Shown: in pieces, positions 8,980 to 16,033 of the stretch | Numbering within the stretch: position 1 is the first letter of the stretch | How the letters are laid out: each line of letters starts with the position of its first letter | Notes under the pieces: model-generated | Databases searched by the model: none | The model's input: the letters and a program-made list of their open reading frames with translations, nothing else | What the model was told of the DNA's origin: nothing | Program-made: the position numbers and the translations under genes | DNA from: Chloroflexota bacterium | GTDB lineage: Bacteria; Chloroflexota; Dormibacteria; Aeolococcales; Aeolococcaceae | Length of the DNA: 43,161 nucleotides | Assembly (NCBI GenBank): GCA_028287625.1 | Contig: JAQBPH010000285.1 | Span: forward strand, 1 to 43,161 | Reading direction: 5' to 3'

Positions 8980-9153
8980 ATGAGCCGCTCCCGCCCGATC
9001 CTCTACTCGTTCGCAGCCTTCTTCGCGGTCATCGCCGTCGTGGACCTGGCCGTCCGGCCGACGCACTACCAGCGGTCGCTGGCGCTGTCGCTGGTGCTCG
9101 CGGTCATCCTCGGCGGCATGGGCGTGGTCCGTGGGGGGCGGCCAGGCGGCTGA
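8980..9153 (+). CDS. small two-TM membrane protein (57 aa)
   Basis: MSRSRPILYSFAAFFAVIAVVDLAV..SLALSLVLAVILGGMGVV. An internal ATG of a longer track ORF gives a positive-inside topology. Confidence 0.35.
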   Translation: MSRSRPILYSFAAFFAVIAVVDLAVRPTHYQRSLALSLVLAVILGGMGVVRGGRPGG

Positions 9154-9186
9154 CCCCGCTGCTCCCAGGTTGCCACCCGCGCCACG

Positions 9187-9345
9187 TCAGCGAGCTGGTG
9201 GGCGTCGCCCTCGGACGACGGCGACAAGGCCGGCGATGGCAGCAACCGCGACGACGAGCACCACGAGCACCGTGGCCCAGGCAGGCCATCCCGAGCCGTA
9301 CGTCGTCGGCGGGGAGCCTCCCACGACAGCACCTCCAACCCGCAT
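9187..9345 (-). CDS. small single-TM protein (52 aa; below the ORF-track size cutoff)
   Basis: Hand translation gives MRVGGAVVGGSPPTTYGSGWPAWATVLVVLVVAVAAIAGLVAVVRGRRPPAR. It is a clean TM helix followed by basic residues. Confidence 0.3.
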   Translation of the reverse strand: MRVGGAVVGGSPPTTYGSGWPAWATVLVVLVVAVAAIAGLVAVVRGRRPPAR

Positions 9346-9595
9346 CGGAGCCGTTCAAACGTCTCGGGTTTCCGGCCGGAGCTCGAGCTCCCAGCGGAAC
9401 CGCCCACCCAGTATACCGACGGTGCGAACGGGCGAAGACCTCTCCCGACGCACTCTCTGTGCCCTCATCGTATGGCCGCTCAGGACAGAAGGCGACGTGT
9501 CGAATTGTCTCGCGGGGACGGATGCTCATCGACCGATGATCGCTACGCTCCTCAGCATCGACGGGTCGGTTCACCCACACAGGAGGAGCGGTCGC

Positions 9596-9769
9596 ATGAA
9601 GAGATGGATCCTGCTGGCCGGGCTGGCCGTCGCCACCTCGTCGGTCGTCGCCGCTGCACCTCGGTCACACGTGCCCGCGAAGCCGCCTGCTCCCGTGTGC
9701 CAGCTGAGCAGTGACAGCGCAACTGTCGCCGCCGCGGACGGGTGCCCCTACACCGGCGGCGGCTACTGA
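9596..9769 (+). CDS. small secreted peptide (57 aa, signal peptide, 2 Cys)
   Basis: An AGGAGG (9581-9586) lies 9 nt upstream of the ATG at 9596. The sequence is MKRWILLAGLAVATSSVVAAAP followed by a 35-aa mature part with C..C ending YTGGGY. Confidence 0.5.
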   Translation: MKRWILLAGLAVATSSVVAAAPRSHVPAKPPAPVCQLSSDSATVAAADGCPYTGGGY

Positions 9770-10027
9770 TTCGATCGGGATCGGCGGTCGCGGGAACGAG
9801 CCGGGGCACGAGCGCGTGATCGGCGAATGGGGCAAAGGCCGCGCCCCGTGAGCAGCGTGCGCTGCACGCGCCTGTCATGTCAGAGGGTCAGACACATGGT
9901 CGCAGAGTGGCTCAAACCGCAGGGGCGGCGTGGGACCGCATTGGCGGCCTCTCGGAACGGACCGGGAGCCGCTGGTCTCCGCCACCCTGATGGGCACGAT
10001 CTCGGGCGTCGATGCTACACGAGGCTC

Positions 10028-10312
10028 ATGGATGCGGTTGACACCGTCCTCGACAACCTCGAGGAACTCCACCTCCGCGACCGTCACCAGGTGCCCACCG
10101 CCTACACGGCATATCTGGAGCACCTCACCGCCATGCTCCCGGCCGACGTGCGATGCGAGCTACGAACCGGCATTCCGATCGTGCGCCTCATGGAGACCCT
10201 GTACGACATCCAGGGGAAACTGATGGCCCGCAGATCAGAACGGATGGTGGACCGAGTGGCATCGTCACGCCGGCTGGAGCGTCCGGCGTCCATCCCGGGA
10301 TTCGTTGGTTGA
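10028..10312 (+). CDS. hypothetical protein (94 aa)
   Basis: Internal ATG of the track ORF 9827-10312. It has a helical, balanced composition (MDAVDTVLDNLEELHLRDRHQVPTAYTAYLEHL...) and lies in the lower-GC region. Confidence 0.4.
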   Translation: MDAVDTVLDNLEELHLRDRHQVPTAYTAYLEHLTAMLPADVRCELRTGIPIVRLMETLYDIQGKLMARRSERMVDRVASSRRLERPASIPGFVG

Positions 10313-10424
10313 CGCCCGGACGTCTCCCGTATGTGAAGAGCGGAATCCCTGTCACATCCTGCCGCCACCGAGGGTAGTACCTGGTAGAAGCTGACGTCGG
10401 TCGCACACGGAGGGAGCCGCACGG

Positions 10425-10910
10425 ATGGGGATCGAGAGCTTCGAGGCCCTCATCCAGCCCCTGTACAGGGAGGCCTTCCGCCTCGCCTTCGCAATGCTCC
10501 AGAACGTCGCGGACGCAGAGGATGCCGTGCAGGACGCGACGATCCGCGCGTGGAGGAGCCTCCCTCGCTTCCGTGCGGGCGAGGACGTCCAGCCCTGGTT
10601 CCTGACGATCGTCGCCAACCGTTGCCGGACCCGACGCCGGGCCGCGCGCGCTCGCCTCCGCGAACTGGCCGGCGCGAGCTACGAGGATCGGTGGCCATCC
10701 TGGCTGGAGGAGCGAGGAGACCTCCATCGGGCAATTCGCAGCCTGGACCCTGTGTCCCGCCTCGTCGTCGTGCTTCGCTACTACTGCGACCTTTCCTACG
10801 ACGACGTGGCCGCCATCTCGGGCCTGTCGACCACCGCGGCGCGCGCGCGCGTGTCGCGAGCTCTGCGACGGCTTCGTGGCCACCTCATTGTGTCGGGGGT
10901 GACCGCGTGA
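10425..10910 (+). CDS. ECF-type RNA polymerase sigma-70 family factor
   Basis: 161 aa. Region 2 (AEDAVQDATIRAWRSLPRFRAGEDVQPWFLTIVANRCR) and region 4 (LDPVSRLVVVLRYYCDLSYDDVAAISGLSTTAARARVSRALRRLR) are both present. Confidence 0.9.
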   Translation: MGIESFEALIQPLYREAFRLAFAMLQNVADAEDAVQDATIRAWRSLPRFRAGEDVQPWFLTIVANRCRTRRRAARARLRELAGASYEDRWPSWLEERGDLHRAIRSLDPVSRLVVVLRYYCDLSYDDVAAISGLSTTAARARVSRALRRLRGHLIVSGVTA

Positions 10911-12151
10911 TGGACAACCTCTACGACGAGGCCGTGCGGGCTGCACTGCACCGGACGCTCGACGACATCACACCGCGACCGGACGCGTTCGGGCGCGCGA
11001 TGGCGGCGGTACGAGCCGAGGCCGCTCGTTCGAGGGTCTCGGTCCGACCCTGGCGAGGTGCACGTCCGCCACTGTGGCGTTGCTTCCGCCCTCTCGTCGT
11101 CGCGCTCCTCCTCTCGGTGGCGGTGGGTGGTGTCGGTGCCGTCCTGGGGATGCACGGTCGCCTCGGCGAGCGTGGCATCGGCGCCGGGGGCCCTTGGAAC
11201 GGCACGACCAGGAGCACACCGACGCGCCACCGCTCGATGATGGCGTACGACCCTGGACGAGGGTACGTCGTCATGTTCGATCCCACTGGCAACGGAAGTG
11301 CACAGACCTCGATCTGGGACGGGTCGCGCTGGCACCGTCAGCTGCCGCAGACGTCTCCGCCACCCTCCAGGGCGGCGCTGATGGCGTTCGACCCGACCTC
11401 GGCGACGGTGATCCTCTACCTGGATGAGGCGCATTCGAGCTCCTGTCCCGTTCCCGTGCCCTCCGGCCCCGCGGGGGGTCACCCCAGCAGCCACCGCGAC
11501 GGCTGCGCTGGACCCGAGACCTGGAGCTGGGACGGGAACAACTGGCAGCAGAAGGACCAGGCTTTCGGACCACCCAGCACCGGTGTCGAGCTGGCGCTCG
11601 ATCCCACCCTCAAGAGTCCGGTTCTGCTGACCGACTCGGGTTCATGTGCCACCACGGCCTGGCGGTGGACCGGAGCCACCTGGACCAGGGCGACCACTGC
11701 TCCCGGCCCCGCACGGAGCGCGGCAGAGGACTTGATCACGGATCCCGCATCCGGGCACCTGGAACTGATCACGACGAGCTATTCGGGCTACGGCCCGATC
11801 GGCGATGGGCCTCCCGAACCGTGCAACGCGCCGGCGTCGACGTGGCAGTGGAATGGATCGTCCTGGCATGAGCAACCCTTCGGCCCACCGGGCCCCACCG
11901 GCCCGTTCATCGGTGCCACGGACGACGTCTCGGGGCAGATCGTGGTGTTCACCGACAGCGGAGAGACGTGGACGTCGGACTCGGGCACCTGGGTGCGGCA
12001 GCACCCACGTCATGCTCCCACCGCGCGAATCAGCCCTTCCATGGTGTTCGACGGTGGGCATCACGAGGTGCTGTTGTTCGGCGGAGTCGATGGACACGGA
12101 CCGCTGGAGGACACCTGGACCTGGGATGGATCCGACTGGACTCAGGAGTGA
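10910..12151 (+). CDS. putative anti-sigma factor: short cytoplasmic N-terminus, one TM helix, extracytoplasmic six-blade Kelch-like beta-propeller
   Basis: The ATG overlaps the sigma-gene stop (TGATG). The TM helix is LVVALLLSVAVGGVGAVLG. Six repeats have a W.WDG..W signature (IWDGSRWH, WSWDGNNWQ, WRWTGATWT, WQWNGSSWH, WTSDSGTWV, WTWDGSDWT). No zinc anti-sigma HxxxCxxC motif is present. Confidence 0.75.
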   Translation: MDNLYDEAVRAALHRTLDDITPRPDAFGRAMAAVRAEAARSRVSVRPWRGARPPLWRCFRPLVVALLLSVAVGGVGAVLGMHGRLGERGIGAGGPWNGTTRSTPTRHRSMMAYDPGRGYVVMFDPTGNGSAQTSIWDGSRWHRQLPQTSPPPSRAALMAFDPTSATVILYLDEAHSSSCPVPVPSGPAGGHPSSHRDGCAGPETWSWDGNNWQQKDQAFGPPSTGVELALDPTLKSPVLLTDSGSCATTAWRWTGATWTRATTAPGPARSAAEDLITDPASGHLELITTSYSGYGPIGDGPPEPCNAPASTWQWNGSSWHEQPFGPPGPTGPFIGATDDVSGQIVVFTDSGETWTSDSGTWVRQHPRHAPTARISPSMVFDGGHHEVLLFGGVDGHGPLEDTWTWDGSDWTQE

Positions 12152-12435
12152 GGCGCCACCCATCCACCCAGGGACTCCACCGATCTCCAGAACTCCACAC
12201 ACAGGCCCGAGGGTCGGTCCCGCCGCCCTCGGGCCTTTCCTCCATCGCCGGCCGCTCAGCGAGGCGATGGTCCGAGGGGATCCGCTCGCCGAGCGGCTGC
12301 AGACGGTGCCGGCCAGGCTGCGTCGGAGCTGATCGCGCCAACGCGGGACCGATGCGGCACCATACCCGGCGGAAGCCAAACTGGAGACCGACAGGCAACC
12401 GGGATGCGCCTCGATGGCGGGGCGAAGGAGGCAGG

Positions 12436-12912
12436 ATGAAACGGATCATTCAGGTCGTCGTGGTCATGGCGGTGATGCTCGTCGGGTTCGGATCAGCGGC
12501 GCTCGCCACCGCCGGACAGGGCGACGTTCAGCGAGTCGACGTCGGGCGCGGCACCCATCCGAACGGCGGAAGCATCAGGTTCGACGCGGGCCATCAGACG
12601 GTCGTCTACACGGCGACGTTCGCGCCCGGGGCCACCTCCGGATGGCATCGCCATCCGGGGGCGGTGATGGTGGTCGTCAAGTCCGGCACGCTGACCACCT
12701 ACGGCCTCTCCCATCCCCCCTGTGTGGCCCAGGACATCCCCGCCGGGCAGACGTACTTCGAGCAGGACGCTTCCACCGCACCCTGGCCGCACTTCGTGCG
12801 CAACCGCGGGACGGTTCCGACGGAGATCGCGGTGGTCGCCTTCAACGTCCCCATCGGGGGGCCTGCACGGGTCGAGGCGGATGCTCCCAAGGAGTGTGTC
12901 AACCCGGCATGA
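12436..12912 (+). CDS. secreted cupin-domain protein
   Basis: A GAAGGAGG SD precedes the ATG at 12436. It has a signal peptide (MKRIIQVVVVMAVMLVGFGSAALATA) and a cupin metal motif region (GATSGWHRHPGAVMVVVKSGTL). Confidence 0.8.
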   Translation: MKRIIQVVVVMAVMLVGFGSAALATAGQGDVQRVDVGRGTHPNGGSIRFDAGHQTVVYTATFAPGATSGWHRHPGAVMVVVKSGTLTTYGLSHPPCVAQDIPAGQTYFEQDASTAPWPHFVRNRGTVPTEIAVVAFNVPIGGPARVEADAPKECVNPA

Positions 12913-12947
12913 CGCCGGGCCTTCTGTCGCGCATCTGGTGGTGAAGG

Positions 12948-12964
12948 ACGGGCGGCGCCCGTTT
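12948..12964 (+). terminator. weak intrinsic-terminator-like hairpin after the cupin gene
   Basis: ACGGGC-GGC-GCCCGT followed by TT. The stem is short (6 bp). Confidence 0.2.
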
Positions 12965-13034
12965 GGTGCTGGCCCCGCGCACGGGCTGTGAAGATGTCCG
13001 AATCACGCTCCGTAGAAGGAGAGATCGCGTCGGA

Positions 13035-14366
13035 ATGCACAGCCCGTGCGCCCTCGGTGCCGGTCAGGCTCTCCTCGCAGCCGCGGCGGGCGCTCTCACG
13101 GTGGCGGGGGGAGCGGTACCGGTGACCGCCGCTCACCCGTCGCCAGGAGCCGGCCTCTCGTCACCGCCGGGATGCGTGCTCTCGGCGCCGGCGGCATCGA
13201 CGAAAGGGCCGTCGTCGCGCGATCAGACGGGTCTCACCGGTGATCTCTGCGATCGCATCTACGCCGTCAACAACGTCAGCACCGACGGGGCCAGCTGGAC
13301 GGTCAGCGTGATCGATCCGCGAGCGATGACCGTCGTCGAGAACATCCCTGTTCGACCCCATCCCCATCACATCTACCCCGTCCCGGGCCGCAACATCGCC
13401 TATATCAGCTATCTCACCAGCCGGCACCTGGACGTCCTCGACATGGTGAGCAACAGCGTGGTGGCGCACATCCTCACGGGTTTCGGGCCCCGACATCTGG
13501 AGTTCAGCCCGGATGGTCGCCTCGCCTACACCGACGATTTCGTCGGTGACACGGTCACGGCGATCGACACCGCGGCCGGGCGCACCGTCGGCGTGGTGCG
13601 GGTGGGGCGTCATCCGAATCACAGCGTCCCCTCGGCCGACGGTCGGTTCCTCTTCGTCGCCAACAGTGGCGAGAGTTCGGTCAGCGTCATCGACACTCGG
13701 GTCCTCCGGGTGGTGGACACCGTCACGGTCGGGCTCGACCCCCCGGCGAGGCCGTCGCGTCCATTCGATCTGGCCCTCAGTCCGGATGGCACCCAGGTGA
13801 TCGTCACCGGTGCGGGCGACAGCTCTCTCTCCTTCATCAACGCGCAGACCAGGACCGAGGTGGCATCGGTCCCCACCGGCAGCCCCCGCACCACCCTGCC
13901 GGGGAAGGACCTGGACCCGCAGCTCAACGTCCGTCTGACACCTGATGGCAGCTTCGCCTGGGTTGGCAATCAGTCCGACTCCACCTGGAGCGTGGTGAGC
14001 CTCGCGGGGCACCGGCTGGTCGCCGAGCTCCCGGCCGGACTGGGAGCGGACATCCTCTTCCAGCCACCGGCGGGGCCGGCCGCGGGGCTCGGGATCGGAA
14101 CTGCGCGGCACTCCGGTCGCATGGCCGTCGTCGACCCCCTGCACCCCGCCCTGCTGCGCACGGTCGCCACGGCTGCGGGATCGCACATCATCACCTTCAA
14201 CCGTGACTGGACGCTGGCCTTCGTCTCCTGTCGCCCCGGCAACGCGGTCTCGGTGATCGATCTCAGAACGTGGACCGACGTGCGTGACATCCCTGTGGGC
14301 GTCTTCCCCGACGGCATCGTCTACGTCTGGTTCGTACTCGGCCAAGCACAGACCCACTCCTCCTGA
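13035..14366 (+). CDS. YVTN-family beta-propeller repeat protein, exported
   Basis: An AAGGAGAG precedes the ATG at 13035. It has an N-terminal signal-like region. Repeated ~40-aa units carry PHHIYPVPGRNIAYIS / PRHLEFSPDGRLAYT / PNHSVPSADGRFLFVAN..SVSVID / FDLALSPDGTQVIVT signatures. Confidence 0.85.
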   Translation: MHSPCALGAGQALLAAAAGALTVAGGAVPVTAAHPSPGAGLSSPPGCVLSAPAASTKGPSSRDQTGLTGDLCDRIYAVNNVSTDGASWTVSVIDPRAMTVVENIPVRPHPHHIYPVPGRNIAYISYLTSRHLDVLDMVSNSVVAHILTGFGPRHLEFSPDGRLAYTDDFVGDTVTAIDTAAGRTVGVVRVGRHPNHSVPSADGRFLFVANSGESSVSVIDTRVLRVVDTVTVGLDPPARPSRPFDLALSPDGTQVIVTGAGDSSLSFINAQTRTEVASVPTGSPRTTLPGKDLDPQLNVRLTPDGSFAWVGNQSDSTWSVVSLAGHRLVAELPAGLGADILFQPPAGPAAGLGIGTARHSGRMAVVDPLHPALLRTVATAAGSHIITFNRDWTLAFVSCRPGNAVSVIDLRTWTDVRDIPVGVFPDGIVYVWFVLGQAQTHSS

Positions 14367-15441
14367 GCCGGAGCGAGGAGATCGACCCGCTCGACGGCGC
14401 TGTCACGGTCATTGATCGAGGCAGCGTGAAGCTGATCGTCACCGAGCCGGCCGTGCCCGGCTTGCTCGTGGTGAAGGACACGCCGGTGGCGGCCGTCTCG
14501 ACAAAGCTCGAGCCACCGCCACCCCCGCCGCCGTCGCCGGTGCCGAGGATGCCGTCACCGCCGCCGCCCCCGCCGACGAAACCGCCGCCACCGCCACCTC
14601 CGCCGCCGGCGTAGAGATTGCAACAGCCACCGGCACCGCCGGTACCGCCACCGCCGGGGACGCCGTCGCCTCCCAGGCCACATCCGCCGAGGCCGGCAGA
14701 AGCGCTCTGACCCCCCATGACGCCACCCGGGAGACCGGCTCCCAGGGAGCCGAAGGGACATCCGCCCCTCCCACCGTCACCGGTTCCGCGCGCGACCCCT
14801 GCGCTGCCACCTCCGCCTCCGACGTCGCCGCCGCCCCAGCCGCCGCCCCCACCGCCCCCGCCGGCCACCACGAGGGTGGTGGCGGCGGTGAAGGGGCATG
14901 GTGCACAGGCTCGCAGGTCGGACTCCCCACCACCGCCACCGCCGCCGGCACCGCCACCACCGCTGCTGGTGGGACCAAGGCCACCACCGGCGGCACCGTT
15001 GCCACCACGGCCGCCACCACCAGCGCCTCCCGCGCCGCCGATGTACCCGTTGACGCTGCGGCCGGGAGATCCCACATTCACGATGAGGGTGGTCCCCGGG
15101 GTGACCGCGATATCGGCGGTGATCAGGGCGCCGGTGCCTCCAGGACCACTGCTGCCGCCAGGGCCACCGCCGTCGCCGCCCAGACCACCGCTGCCACCGT
15201 CCGGGAGCTGGCCCCCATCACCGCCCGAGGCACCGATTACCACCACGTGCAGGGTGGGAACCCCAGCCGGGACGGTGAAGGTGTCATCCCCCGGCCTGGT
15301 GTACGTGCACGTCGGCGGCGAGCCTCCGAGGGTTCCGCCGCTGCCACACCCGACGCTGGCGCGCGCCTGCCCCAGGGCAGTGACGGGCGGTCCGACCACG
15401 GCGGCCAGCACCACCGCGAACGCGACCGTCGATGGGTGCAT
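14263..15441 (-). CDS. secreted glycine-rich protein (resembles the bacterial/ALK-type 'glycine-rich domain' family)
   Basis: 392 aa from the ATG at 15441. It has a signal peptide (MHPSTVAFAVVLAAVVGPPVTALGQARA), then TFTVPAGVPTLHVVVIGASGG, ITADIAVTPGTTLIVNVG and TLVVAGGGGGGGG blocks separated by poly-Gly. The 3' end overlaps the convergent YVTN gene by 104 nt, so the true stop/3' end is uncertain. Confidence 0.7.
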   Translation of the reverse strand: MHPSTVAFAVVLAAVVGPPVTALGQARASVGCGSGGTLGGSPPTCTYTRPGDDTFTVPAGVPTLHVVVIGASGGDGGQLPDGGSGGLGGDGGGPGGSSGPGGTGALITADIAVTPGTTLIVNVGSPGRSVNGYIGGAGGAGGGGRGGNGAAGGGLGPTSSGGGGAGGGGGGGESDLRACAPCPFTAATTLVVAGGGGGGGGWGGGDVGGGGGSAGVARGTGDGGRGGCPFGSLGAGLPGGVMGGQSASAGLGGCGLGGDGVPGGGGTGGAGGCCNLYAGGGGGGGGGFVGGGGGGDGILGTGDGGGGGGGSSFVETAATGVSFTTSKPGTAGSVTISFTLPRSMTVTAPSSGSISSLRLRRSGSVLGRVRTRRRRCRRGRRPQGCHARRSTF

Positions 15442-15601
15442 CCATCCCGTGATGCACTTCCGGCAGCTCCTGTCCACTCCCGTCGCCCCCTGTCGATCCA
15501 GCCCCTCCGAGTGTCGACAGGAGAGCCACAGAGCGCCCCCTGTGGCGCCCCACCGAGGTTCGCCACCCGAAGCATATCGAGGCGACGCACTGCGGCGACT
15601 G

Positions 15602-15772
15602 GTCCCAGTCGGCCAAAGAGGGGCCGACATCCGCGACTCCGGGGACAGGGCTCCAGGCGGGAGCGTCATCCCATGATGGCATCCATCCCCGAGGCGGACA
15701 ACATGGGGTGGCAAAGTTTGTCCAGAAGGACATGACCTCACAATTTGCGTTCCCCTAATCTCGCGATCACCC
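15602..15772. repeat. copy 1 of a ~170-nt conserved intergenic element (core 15696-15737)
   Basis: It aligns with 38565-38736 in the same orientation. The core is 36/42 identical, including the exact 16-mer TGTCCAGAAGGACATG. It contains the inverted repeat TGTCC-AGAA-GGACA plus an upstream GGACAAC. Confidence 0.7.
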
Positions 15773-16033
15773 AGGGAGAACCGCAGGTCCCAGGGAGAGC
15801 ACAGCGAGACGACCTTCGCTCACGTTGCGTGCGTGAGACGAAGCCGCATCGGGGGTCACGGAGGTTCTGTGTATTCGGAGGCAGGCTCAGTTGTGACGAC
15901 AGTCGTGGCAGCCCAGGTGGGTATGGAGGTGGCTACTGAGAAATAGCGACTCCGAACGTCGAGCCAGAAGCCACCTGCGCGCAAACATCAGACGTTGCGC
16001 TTTAGGCCGAACTGACAAGGAGGCGGGATAACA

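Noticed and set aside
11262-11295. A GTTCGATCC T-loop-like motif suggesting a tRNA.
   Set aside because: It lies inside the well-supported Kelch-propeller CDS, and no acceptor or anticodon stems can be drawn. No tRNA is called anywhere in the window.
14400-15250. A repetitive GGN/CCN-rich stretch that might be mistaken for a CRISPR or tandem-repeat array.
   Set aside because: It has no regular repeat-spacer periodicity. It is explained by poly-Gly coding sequence.
14717-15676. A 319-aa plus-strand poly-proline ORF mirroring the glycine-rich gene.
   Set aside because: It is the complement of GGN-rich coding sequence. It has no signal peptide or structured islands. The minus-strand frame has a signal peptide and recognisable TFTVPAGV / LIVNVG / LVVAGGGG blocks. 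I kept the ambiguity as a caveat in the finding.
15284-15733. A possible conserved small protein starting MSFWT(N/D)F..P.CP on the minus strand of both copies of the conserved element; the second copy is 38533-38715.
   Set aside because: All three frames look conserved simply because the DNA is similar. Most core substitutions fall at first codon positions of this frame. The two copies also differ by compensating 1-nt indels between the MSFWT and PVPGV segments, and by 14- and 15-nt indels nearby. This fits non-coding conservation better. It is not fully excluded.
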